Of a DNA stretch of 64,000 nt, positions 24,831-36,855 are shown piece by piece. The notes under the pieces were generated by a model. That model made no database searches. It was given only the letters and a program-made list of their open reading frames with translations, and had not been told where the DNA came from. Made by a program: the position numbers and the translations under genes. The DNA comes from Octopus sinensis (Eukaryota), in the NCBI RefSeq assembly GCF_006345805.1, contig NC_043005.1, forward strand, positions 310,001 through 374,000, written 5' to 3'. How positions within the stretch are numbered: position 1 is the stretch's first letter; each line of letters begins with the position of its first letter.

Positions 24831-25559
24831 TAATATACAGTTAGAAATATGTTTAGCATTGTATACATCCTAATACAAAGAAAATCAATTGTATATCCAA
24901 AATAAATAATTTTTATCTTTTCGTCAAAGCTGAAGTTAAGCCATAATAATTATGCTCTATGTTATAAATTAATATTAAAAATGTTCAACATATGTATTTA
25001 TATATGTATATGGCGTATGGTATATCTATTTTATTTTCATCGAATTGACCATGAAGGTCGTACATAGATAAATGTAGCTGCGGGCTGGACAGAAACATTA
25101 ATGTGTATGAAAACGACAAAGATGGAAAAAATAATAATAATGGGAGAGGTACTGGCGCCCGCCAACCGATAACCCTCGAAATCATTGTTCAATTTAAATC
25201 AATATAAATCAAAATTGTAATAAAGAATTCAATTTTCTTCATTTTGTTTAAATATTAATATAACATATAATAGAATAGTGAAAATATTCTAATACTATTA
25301 AATAATATCTACAATAAATAAATAAACCACATAAGATTGAATAAGGTTTAATATATACTAAAGATAAGTTAAATGTAATATATAGGTACATAGAAATTAT
25401 TATAGCATTAGATATAAATGACTATTTACTATAAATTTAAAGTCTAAATAATAAGTAATTAAATCAATATATATTATTATGTTGGATTGATTTATATTAT
25501 TAAATAATATTTAAAAATAATATAATTATTTATTTATTAGCTAAATCTATGTAAGGTTA

Positions 25560-26230
25560 CTTTAATTATTATTTACATTTAATTTTACGTTCGTCCAAAA
25601 TTACCAACGCATAATTGTTGTTAAATAATATTCCTTAATTTCGTTATTACAACGAGAACAATTATTACTCCTATAGTATATGATTTAGCCCAACAAATAA
25701 TATCCCCAATTTATTTATTTTAAAGATCTTGATTTAAGGTCCCAATATATTTACTGAACTTGTTGAATTTATAAGATTTTTATTCCTAAAAGAATACATA
25801 TATTGAGAAATTCTAGATATCATTTTTTCGAAGTGGACCTATATAAATATATTAAATAGCGATTATTCAAATCTTATCTCTATTATAGTTACCATTCACC
25901 TATAGACTACATTATCTAATTTACAATAATTGTTAAATTTACATATGGACTTATCCCTACACGTACAAAATTAATCTTTATTATTAATATGGAATCAATA
26001 TTTAATCTATATCTATAGAATTTTTAATTTAAAAATATTACATGAAGAAATAATATTGCCAATATTATTAGTAGTTGAATAACCAACATCAAAAGTATCT
26101 TTAGAAAAAATATTATAATATTTTTATTATCCCTAATAAATACTTCAATCATATTTACAATCTCTTTAATGAGATTTTTTAAACCTCAGCGCCAAAAGGA
26201 ATGATTAACCAAATTTTATTTTTATTTAAA
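25560..26230 (-). mobile_element. Highly eroded, very AT-rich Penelope-like element (thumb-linker-GIY-YIG)
   Basis: Manual translation across frameshifts: KIWLIIPF, TFDVGYSTTNNIGNIISS, CKFNNYCKLDNVVYR, YIG.T, SKYIGTL, CSRCNNE. Confidence 0.6.
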
Positions 26231-26236
26231 TCTTTA

Positions 26237-26268
<32 letters not shown>

Positions 26269-27309
26269 TATTATTACAATATTATTATTAATATAATTAT
26301 TATTATTATTATTATTTATTATTATTATTAGCATTATTTATTATATTGTTATATAATTATTATCATTATCATTATAATTATTATAACTATCATTATTATA
26401 ACTATAAATATTGTGATAGTATTAAATTTATTATCTTCATTAATTGAATTAAATTTTATTTTATTTTAATTTTTATTACTATTCTTTTATTTTTTATTTT
26501 AATACTAATTTAGGCTTTACATCATCAAAATTCCTACTATTATTAAGACGATAAATAACTAAATAAAATTTATCATAATTCAGATAATTAGGTGATCATT
26601 ATAAAAATCATTAAAACTATATCTTTTAAGTATAATTATGTTTACAAACGTTAAATATAAATATATATATATATATATTATCTGGGGAGGGGGTGCCTGT
26701 CTATCTGTCTCTGTTTATCTCCACCTCTCATCGATAGAAACTGAAGCTGATGTGCTTACATGCCTGTCACGTTGCGGTTCGCCAAAGAATCTGTTGGAAT
26801 AAGAACTATGCTTCCAAGAATAAGACTTGGCGTCGATTTGTTCGCCTATGTGCGGTGCCTCAGCATGGCCGTAGTCAAGTTACTGAGAAAAGTAAAAGAA
26901 TAAAAGAATATATTCACACACACACACGCACACACCATACACACACACCACGCACACACACACACACACCACACACAACACACACACACACACACCACAC
27001 ACACACACACAACACACACACACACACAACACATTATATATATATATAATATATATATATATTATATATATATATATGTATATATTTGTATTTCTGTCTG
27101 TGTGTTTGTCCCCTACCTTCACTTCAGAACCGGTGTTGGTGTTTCTATTTCTCCGTAACTTAGCGGTTCGGCTAAACAGATAGAGAGAATAAGAACTAGG
27201 CCTACGGGAATAAGTTATGGGGTCTATATGTTCGTCTAAAAGCAGTGCTCCTGCAAGGCCGCAGTCCGTAATTGTAATAACTGAAACACATAAAAGATTT
27301 ACACACACA

Positions 27310-27369
<60 letters not shown>

Positions 27370-29299
27370 ACAATGGCGTCATTGTTACTGAAATCTTTAT
27401 ATTGATAAACAGGTAAGGAATGTGTGCATACACCCACCCACATACAATGGCTTCGTTGTTACGGAGATCCTTATATTGATAAATCTAATGATATCGTTGC
27501 ATTTGCAAACAGTATAGCTTTCCCTAAGCAGGAGGCTAAACTCTGGAGCTTGACGTTCTGATTGGACCAAGTGGTGTCCTGGTTGTGCATCAAGCATCAG
27601 GTTTAAATTTTATTCATGCTTTATTATTTTTGTTTGTTTGTTACTTTGGTCTACGTGTTTTTCAAATCTGGGCTTCGTTTCCGGCCTAGGGTTATACAAT
27701 TTCTGCATATTTTCTTTATGAAACTGTACTGCTTTTATTCTTCCCTTTTTTCTTTTTTCTTTTTCGTTTTGCTCTCTTCTGTTTTCTATTTTTTATTTTT
27801 AAGTCTCTTATTCTCTTTGTTTTTGTTTTGGTTTTGTTTTTTACCTGACACACACTTAATCGGTTGAATGGAACTTCTCACAGCATCTTCCGTTTCACTT
27901 TCCGTACCAACTTTCATTCCTGCAATTTATACTATTTCCAGATTAACGTTCTGCTAGAAAACAAAGACGAATTCTCAGAAATTCATTGTCTTCAGCTCCC
28001 TATCTTCTCAGATTCTCACACATAAACTGCACTGAACGTTATATATTTTCGTTGGCTTTCGTAATTTTATTCACAGTTCTTATTCACTTGAAACCTCTTA
28101 TGATTCTACCAATAAATATTTATGAAAACCCCTTTTTCGTAACGGATGGTTGCGGTCAGCTAAATGTCGTAATCTCTCTGTTTTGTAATCAAATAGAGGA
28201 GATTCAATTCAAGGGAGACATGTTTTAGTTTCAAATATTTTTGACTTGCAAATTGTTGCATGGAATCCCTTCTCGATGACTCGTACCCTAAAACGCATGA
28301 ATTAAATCAACTCTTCCGTCTTCTTCACTAAGCCTTTCACATAACTAAATCTTTCTTGGTGGAATTTGAATATTTAAACTGAATATAGGACTAGATATTC
28401 ATATGAGACGCTTGATAGCTTTCCTCTTTGTAGACAGCGTTGTATAATTAACAAGCGCAGTATAACTCGGGCAATACTCCATTCCGTGTGTCCTCCTCTC
28501 GTTATAGAAGCGTCGGGTGGCTGTCATGATACACGGATAGTCTTGGACATTCAAACCATGCTGGTTCTTGTGTTTCACGAGCTCTGACAGAAACAGAATC
28601 CTTGCAGTGAGGAAGAAAAGGAGGCAGAGAGATGAGAATCGGCACAAAGAAGGGAATTAGTAATTTATCGATAATGAAACAGCGAAAGGCATAAGTGGCC
28701 TGAGATGAGATTCGGACAAGAATGTAGAGACAAGGAAAGACTACACAAGAAATTCTGTTGCATGCCAATCCGATGCCAATGTTTGCTAATAGTAATGGTG
28801 CAATGGAACATAACATATATAGCAGGGTCACTAGCATAGCTGGCGTGGGGCGGTAGATGTGGTCCGCCAGGGTGGCACTTTTAAAGGGGTCTGGATGCGG
28901 CAAACGTAGGGGCCACTCCGAGAGGCACACATTCTAGCTCCGTTAGTGAGCACAGTGTATACATTTCTTTTATATAATAGTAACGGAAGCACTTGAGTGT
29001 AGAAAGTATCCCGCGCTCCGTGTGGCAGAACTGATCCTAATAAAGCGGTAATTACGAAAGGTCTGTATTTCTAGGAACAATGGAGGCAATTCTGAGGAAC
29101 TGGCTCCGAAAACCGTTTGCCGTGTGTTGGGAGAAACTGTTGAAAAGTTTCGACTCACTCGCAAAGGAAAGAATTTATGTGAAAGAAGCGCAACTATTTG
29201 TATAGACATAAAAATCAATAATAATTTATAAGCTAGGCAAAGAATGCCTACAGAAATAAACACATGGGGAGCGCCCTGTATTGAGCCTCTTTATGTCGA

Positions 29300-31940
29300 A
29301 GCATCTGCAGACGTATGACAAGTGGTGAAACATCATTTCACTATGGCAATATGAAATGGAAATATTTATCGACTTCCTACACACACAGTAGTAAGATCAT
29401 GCTCTCAGGAACGACTCGATGCAAACAAACACAGGTGGAGTCACCTGCTCTACCTCACCAATGCCTTAGTCAAGGAACAAGTTATACTCAGACCAACTAG
29501 GGAAAATAACATTTTGGATCTCTGCTTCACAAACAATATAGACATCATTCATGATGTGAAAGTTACGCCAACATTAGTCTCGGATCACAACATAATAGAG
29601 CTTTCTATATTTGGGCCGAAAGTAGCCAGAGGCATACAGCCCAAGGGAAGCACCCGAAATCTCTCCAATCGGAACTTCCACAAAGTAGACTGGAAACCGA
29701 TCCAAAAAGAGATCCGCAGACAGGACTGTCCGAAATGTCTCTCCTCACCAGACGTTGGCATGAAACTAGAATATTTCATGTCTGTTATGCAAGCCATATG
29801 CCAGAAATATGTTCCAGAGCACAAGGCCACAACAAATAGGAACAAGATTCCAAAGGAGAGGAAGATTCTCATGAGACGACGGACGAAGGTTTCAAATCGC
29901 CTCAACCAACATGCCAAAAGTAGTGAAAGGTCCCGCCTAAAAACAACACTGATGTAGATTGGAAAAAGCTTGAAACAATTTTATGAGAGGGAGAGAGCAG
30001 ACAAAGAAGCCTGGTTTAGTAAAAACATTAAGTCAAATCCAAAGGCCTTCTTTCATTACGCCACAGAGACAGCATCAATGCACCGCAAGATAGGATCCCT
30101 CTTCCTAAAGTATGGCACCCTCACAGAAAGCCCAACCAGGATCAGTGAGGTACTGAATGACCAATTCAAAAGTGTCTTTATCACTCCGTTGGAACACAGA
30201 CAAGTGAATCAACCGGTGGACTTTTTTTGCCGCCTCACCTATAACCAGCGAGGCAATTACGATGGAATACATCGACATTAGCGAAGAAGACTTACTAACC
30301 ATAGATGAAGTGGACGCAAACTCAACGGATGGTCCTGATGGTTTACCAGCAATCCTCCTCAAATCGTGTATCCATGCCCTGGCAAAACCCCTCCAGATTT
30401 TCTTCCAGAGCTTTCTTGCAAATGGCAGACTGCCAAGCAAGCTGAAGGAGGGAATAATATGCCCAGTCAACAAAGGAAGCAGAGCAGATGCCAAAAACTA
30501 TTGGCATATCTCTCTGACTTCACACATCAGCAATGTCAAGGAACAGATCGTCAGAGGGAAACCAATTGCATACCTTGAAGAAAATGATTTATTGAGTGAT
30601 ACCCAGCATGACTTTCGAACAGGTAGGAGCTGCTGACCCAGCTCTTACAACATTATGACTTGGTGTTGAGGTAGTTACTCAACAACTCAAATGTGGACGT
30701 AACATACCTTGATTTCGCAAAGCTGTTGATTAGGGTATGATATGCCACAAACTGCGATTTCTCGGCGTAGCGGAAAACTTGTTGTGTGGTTACATGACTT
30801 TCTGAAAGATAGAAGTCAGGAAGTAGTGGCCAATAGCGCCTCCTCAACGAAAACACAAATAGTGAGCGGTGTTCCACAGGGCACTGTCTTGGCACCGCTG
30901 CTTTTCATAGTGGCCCTTTTAGGTATGCCCTCAACTGCCCGGATAGCTACCCTTGCAAGGTACGCAGACGATACGAATGTCTCGTAGAAATATACAGAAG
31001 CCCAGCAATGTTGCGCACCTGCAGCAGGAGATGACCTCAATTTACAGATGGGCTGAGGATAATAATATGCAGTTAAATGCTGAAAATTCCAAGCCCTGCG
31101 CTACCAGCAACCAAAACTGAATATGAAACTTACAGGGTACACTGGTCCACAGGGAATTTCAATCCCAGAGCCTAAGTCAATGAAGGACCTGGGAATCGAC
31201 ATGCGTGATGATACCGCTTTTCAAGTGCACATTACCAGGATGGTGACAAAGTGCAGACAACTGACTCGATGGATCCTGAGAATATTCAGAACGAGCGAGA
31301 AGGAAACCACGATGGTCCTCTGGAGGACATTCTTCTCCAGCTGCATGGATTACTGCTTCCAGCTATGGTCACCCAACAGTGTAAAATTAACAGCGGACCT
31401 TGAAGCAATCCAGAGAAGATTCACAAAGAAGATCGTCTCATTGCAACAGCTCAGCTAATTGGAAGGCTGCAACAGCTAAGACTCTACTCCCTGAAGCTAA
31501 GGCGGGAGAGGTATGCAGTAATATATACATCTGGAAGATCCTGGAAGGAATTGTGCCAAATTTGGCATTGGAAGCTACATCAATGCAAAGAACGGGTCGA
31601 CACTGTACAGTGCCAAATATCCCAACAATGCCATCGAGCTTCAGGACCAGTTACTGCAACAACCTGTGTTTCGGCGGCCCACACCTTGTTTAATATTCTC
31701 CCAAAGAACCTGAGGAATCTGCACAAAGTAGATGTAGGCGTTTTTTCAATCAAAGCTGGACGTCTTCCTGTCGAGAGTCCCAAATGAACGTACCTCAAGG
31801 CAAGAGGTGCAAATAAGGGTAGCTATATCAAACTCCATTCTACACAAGTGGCATATATTAGAGGAGGATCTCAGTAATCAGTGTAGCAAAACAGCGGTGC
31901 TCCAACATGGCCACAGCAATGAGCTGAAATTATAAAAATG
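29300..31940 (+). mobile_element. Decayed CR1-group LINE (family A) inside the repeat unit
   Basis: DLCFTNN...SDHN (APE end), GPDG, VPQGTVL.PLLF, YADDT. The same disabling lesions recur at homologous positions in the other copies. Confidence 0.9.
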
Positions 31941-31978
31941 TATGTACATATTTTATATATATATATATGTATGTATGA

Positions 31979-32252
31979 AAGCGCATGGCTCAGTGGTTAG
32001 AGCGTCGAGCTTACGAGCGTGAGGTTGTGAGCTCGAATCCCGGACCGGGCTGCGTGTTGTGTTCTTGAGCAAGGCATTTTATTTCACCTTGCTCCAGTTC
32101 ACTCAGCTGTAGAAATGAGTTGCGACGTCACTGGTGCCAAGCTTTGTCTTTCCCTTGGATAACACTGGTGGCGTGGACTTGTGTCTTGGAGGGTAACATT
32201 CTAGGTGCTATCCCATGGTCATTCATGACCGAAGGGGATCTTTACCCCTTTT
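31979..32252 (+). mobile_element. tRNA-headed SINE (this copy internally deleted; fuller copies at ~43937-44278 and ~54893-55233)
   Basis: TGGCTCAGTGG A-box and GAGCTCGAATCC B-box, followed by a non-tRNA body. Confidence 0.88.
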
Positions 32253-32287
32253 ATATACATATATATTTATATATATATATGTAAATA

Positions 32288-32352
<65 letters not shown>

Positions 32353-32370
32353 AATATATATATATATATG

Positions 32371-32410
<40 letters not shown>

Positions 32411-32514
32411 CATATATATATATATATGTATATACATATATATATATATATATTATATATATATATATATGTATATACATATATATGTATATATATGTAT
32501 ATACATATATGTAT

Positions 32515-32567
<53 letters not shown>

Positions 32568-32587
32568 CATATATATGTATATATATG

Positions 32588-32659
<72 letters not shown>

Positions 32660-32668
32660 ATATATATT
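32253..32668. repeat. Long imperfect (TA)n microsatellite
   Basis: Direct reading. Confidence 0.97.
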
Positions 32669-33484
32669 GATAAAACGGTAAGATAACAAAAGAAAGAAAG
32701 AGACCTCAATATTATGTAAATAGAGGAAATTTATCTATACAATATGTTACATTACTCGGTAGAATTGTGCCCGCTAAATGGAGCTTGCATGTCCAAGACC
32801 ATCATATATGAAGTTACCGTAAACTCTATAACCACTAAAGACACCGTTTCGACGAAGAAATACGTGGGCCTGACAGAGGGTAATTTCAAGGCCAGGTTCA
32901 ATAACCACACTTTGAGCTTTAGGCACTGGAACAAAAGAAAAGCGACACAATTATCCAATCATATTTGGTCTTTAAGAGATAAAGGTGTCGATTATAACAT
33001 ACAATGGAAGATTTTGGCCAGATGTAAGCCCTATACTAACGGCAGCGGAAGGTGCGGTTTATGCGACATGGAGAGATGGCTTATCTGGAAAAGCAGCTTA
33101 GACCCTACCACATGTCTAAATACAAGGACAGAGCTTTTCGGATCATGCCCACATGTGACTAAATTTCTGTTACGTTTTTGGTCCCCTAAAGAAAACGGAT
33201 AGAACATGCTTTCTGTGTTATGTCCCAAGAAGATTTTATATATTTTATATATTTTTATATTTTTCTGTATTTTTATATAATTTTTATGACGAAAAATGCG
33301 AGCAATGTATAAGTACGCAGGCAAAGCAGAGTTATAACAGAGTAATTTCCCTTCATTTTAACGGTATTTTTTCATAACGTTTTCAAATAGCCAGATAACC
33401 GAAGAGATGGTGTTGTGGATTTCCACTTCGGCATCTGAAACTCAGAGTTTTATCTTGACTACCGAGTAATGTAACATATTGTAT

Positions 33485-33488
<4 letters not shown>
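32669..33488 (+). mobile_element. 5'-truncated Penelope-like element with open GIY-YIG domain (ORF 32744-33202) and 30-bp inverted repeat
   Basis: CPLNGAC...IIYEV...KKYVGLTE..FKARFNNH...C.LC. Bases 32733-32762 are the exact reverse complement of 33459-33488. Both sides are (TA)n. Confidence 0.88.
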
Positions 33489-33532
<44 letters not shown>

Positions 33533-33537
<5 letters not shown>

Positions 33538-33600
33538 AGGTTAATCCAAACGAGAAAACAGAAAAAGACAACAACACAAAGAGGTGGAACAATTAAAGTT
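33533..33600. repeat. 68-bp junction spacer between two (TA)n tracts (also 44317-44384 and 57002-57069)
   Basis: ACATAAG(G/T)TTAATCCAAACGAGAAAAC...GAGGTGGAACAATTAAAGTT occurs once at each unit junction. Confidence 0.92.
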
Positions 33601-33734
33601 ATATATATATATATATATGTATATACATACATACTACATATATACTTTGATACTTTGATACTTTGTTAGGTTTCGGCCATTATTGGCCCAGGCCATGTCT
33701 AACTTAATAGCACCACCTGGTGAAGTCTTTCAAG

Positions 33735-36700
33735 TCAGAATTTGGGCATTATGGCCCATTCAAGTAGAGAGTTATTGTTTACAGAGACATATCCAGGTGT
33801 AGGGGGTTTATCCGGGATTTCTTGAAGGAATCTGTCCAAAGACCTCTTGAACCCTATAAGGTCAGTTTCTGTTTTAATGTGTTTTGGTGTAATGTTAAAG
33901 AGAGCGGCGCCAATTGAGGTGAAATAATTGTGCCGTATTGTTGTTATGAGATGAGAGTGCGATTTTTGTTTTGGGCGGATGGCACGGGGCCCAAGCCTTG
34001 GATGTACCTTAAAGGTGATGCCAACATCATTTGGGCAATGCTGATGGAATATTTTCCACATCATGCAGATGATGTAGCGCTCACGACGACGTTGGAGAGA
34101 ATAAAGTTTCAGCTTTTCTAGTCGACCCCAATAGTCGAGGCCTGTCATGCCATCTATCTTTTTTGTGATTGCCCTTTGAGGTGCTTCAACCTTTATGATA
34201 CCTTGTATTGTGTGGGGAGACCACAGTGGACAACAGTATTCAAGGTGGGATCGGGCAAAAGTGGAGAAGAGAAGGATAATGGTGTGGATATCTCTCGACT
34301 GGAAAGTTGTGAGAATCCAGGAACACATTCTGCGGGCCATGTCGACTTTGGTGTTTATATGAGTGGCCCAGCTTATGTTGTTGTCCACAATTACTCCCAA
34401 GTCTCTGATGTTGTTGGACGCCGCGAGAGTTTCACCTGAAGGATGGGAGTATGGGAGTTTCAGGGCATCCTCTTTTCCAAAGTGGATTAACTCAAATTTA
34501 TCCTCGTTCAGCAGCATATTGTTTTTTTCTGCCCATTGGATAACAGCCAGTAGATCTGACTGAAGGCATGTCCGGTCACTCGCCTCATTTATGACCTTCT
34601 GTAGCTTGGAATCATCTGCAAAGATTTTTATGTTGCTGTGCTTGATGATGTCATTAATGTCATTAATGTAAATGATGAAAAGAAGTGGGCCCAGCACAGT
34701 GCCTTGCGGAACGCCACTACTGACTTTGGCTGGGCTTGATTTTACCCCTTCAACTACAACATGTTGAGATCTGTCTGTCAGGAAACACTTGATCCATTTC
34801 AGTAACTTTCCAGAGACACCAATGTTGGATAGTGTTTTCAATAGGATCTTGTGATCGACCCTGTCGAAGGCCTTACTGAAATCAAGGTAGATGACATCGG
34901 TGTTGGAGCCCTCTCCCAAAGCTCTCAAAATGTCATCAAAGTGATGCAGGAGCTGCGTTAGGCAGTCCCTTCCATTACGGAACCCATGTTGGTTGGAGAT
35001 CAGCCGTCTGTTGCTTTCCAGAAATTGGGTTATTCGAGATCTCACCACCCTCTCAAATACCTTGATGATATGAGAGGTGAGTGAGATCGGACGGTAGTTC
35101 ACTGCAAGGGACTTGTTTCCCTTTTTGAAAACTGGGACAACAGACTGGGACAGAAGGTTTTTTGGAATATAGCCAGCATCCAGTGAGTTTCTCCACAGAT
35201 TAGCAAGGGGAGATGCAAGTTGGTGTCGACACACCTTCAGGACACACGCAGGGAACCTATCGGGGCCTACTGCTGAATTGTGTTTTATTTCGTTTATCGC
35301 CGCTAAGGCATCAGGGACACTAAACGTTATGTCCGATATAGTGTGTTGGGGGTTGACATCACTGATACAGCCCAGATCGGCCATATCAGGATTGCTGAAA
35401 ACAGAGCAGTATTGTTTCTGCAGTATCTCGGCCATGGATTTGGCATTTACTTGGAGAGTGCCAGTTTCATCAATTAGAGGGCCAACAATGGAGACAGTGA
35501 CCCTGCGTTTCCTCGCAAATGAAAAGAACACTTTGGTGTTGAGTTTGATTTTTTCAATGGCCCACTTCTCCTCAGCTGATCTTTGGTTATTGATGAGGGT
35601 CTTCATGCATTGTTGGAGGTTATATTTTTTGGATTCAAGCAGTGCGATAGCCGTCGAATGTGTGTGTTGCTGTTGGCAGTACTTTAGTTTGTTAATTTTT
35701 TTGTTTGTTCTTTTTATTTTTCTGATAATGGTTTTTCTGTTTTGGGGGATTCTGCACTTTTTGTTCACAGGTCTTGGTGGGGAGTGTTTTGCACATATGT
35801 CTGTGACGGTGTCTACAAAGATCTGCCAAGATGTTTTATGGTTGGTGGAGATGTGTGTATGTGTAAAGGACCAGTCAACATGTGATAGCTCGTTCCTGAT
35901 TGCATCCCAGTTGGCATTATGGAGATCCATGTTGTCAAATGTGTGGGCTGGAGGGAGGTCGCTAGGATTAGCTTTCGGCTGGTGGAATTTCATGTTACAG
36001 AGAACCATGTCATGGTCTGAAAGAAGGGTTTTTTTCCACTGTAGCGTTATGTATAGTGTTAGTGTGGTTACTAAACACTAGGTCCAAAATGTTCTGATGT
36101 CATGTTGGTGCAAGGACAAGTTGGGACAAGAAAAACTCATTCGTAAAGTCGAAAAGTGACTCTGCTGCTTCTTTGTCAGCGGTTGAGGCGGGAGTGCTTG
36201 GTTTCAAGCAGTTTGTAGTCCAGTCAACACAGGGTAGATTGAAGTCTCCCATCATGAGTAGGTTGCTAGAATGGCACTGTTGAATAAAGCACTTAATGCT
36301 GTTCAGGCATTCTTTAAAGCACAGTATGGGTTTTTGGGGCGGCCTATAGAGCCCAATTACTGTCAGGTCATTGGCTTTGTTGTGCACGGTGACTGATTCA
36401 CACTAGCCGTTGGAGAATATACTATTTCCATCTGCTGTAAACGAGTCATGCAGGAAAATGGCAGTTCCACCCTTCCTCCTGCCGATACGATCCGCGCGGA
36501 TGGTTGTGAAATTCTTCACTCTCACTTCGGCTTCCAAGTGGGAGTTGTCAAGGTGGGTCTCAGTGAGAATGAAGAAAGGGATGTGGTGTGGATGGTTACC
36601 AACCCAGTCTTCAATGAATTGGACCTTCCATTTTTGTGCATTGATGGAAGGGCTGACACCTTGTGCATTGAGTAGAAATGTGGAAGTTAGTGTAGTGGCT

Positions 36701-36855
36701 GGTTTTGACTGTTGCAGGGGGCTTGGATTTTTTGTGTGTGTTAGTGGCAGCAATGTGGGGAATTGGTGCACTGGGGTAATAGCATAGGATGGTGTTGAGT
36801 GATGGCTAGAATATTTTTGTGTATCTCTTTTGCCATGTTCAACATGGCTAAAAAA
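33735..36855 (-). pseudogene. LINE B ORF2 (APE endonuclease + RT), disrupted
   Basis: LLNAQG, LTETHL, MGDFN, SDHD, QGTVLGP, FADDS. In-frame TAG (36403-36405), TGA (36100-36102) and a +1 in an A-run near 36030. Confidence 0.88.

Larger units (their letters stand above)
26684..32252 (+). repeat. Tandem macro-repeat unit, copy 1 (~5.5 kb)
   Basis: Two SINE 3' halves, a unique segment, a decayed CR1-group LINE (family A, ~29300-31940) and a tRNA-SINE; co-linear with copies 2-4. Confidence 0.95.

Noticed and set aside
27845-27953. Splice-site-bounded segment on the minus strand of the repeat unit
   Set aside because: The only long frame has an in-frame TAA in the copies, and there is no expression evidence or partner exon.
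28399-28647. 82-codon ORF with a signal-peptide-like start (MCRFSSLCLLFFL...), present in all four repeat copies
   Set aside because: It starts at TTG directly after an in-frame TAA, with no ATG there. The copies differ at many amino-acid positions, and its persistence is explained by recent duplication.
31979-32055. tRNA-like sequence (also ~43937 and ~54893)
   Set aside because: The D-arm and boxes are present, but the acceptor and anticodon stems do not pair and it continues into a SINE body. It is a SINE head, not a tRNA gene.
32215-32709. Poly-IY, poly-HT/CV, poly-I/M/N and similar ORFs throughout the window
   Set aside because: They are translations of (TA)n, (CA)n and trinucleotide microsatellites.
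35278-36081. 267-aa antisense ORF over LINE B ORF2 (and similar antisense ORFs over C and D)
   Set aside because: These are shadow ORFs of the coding strand with no independent features.
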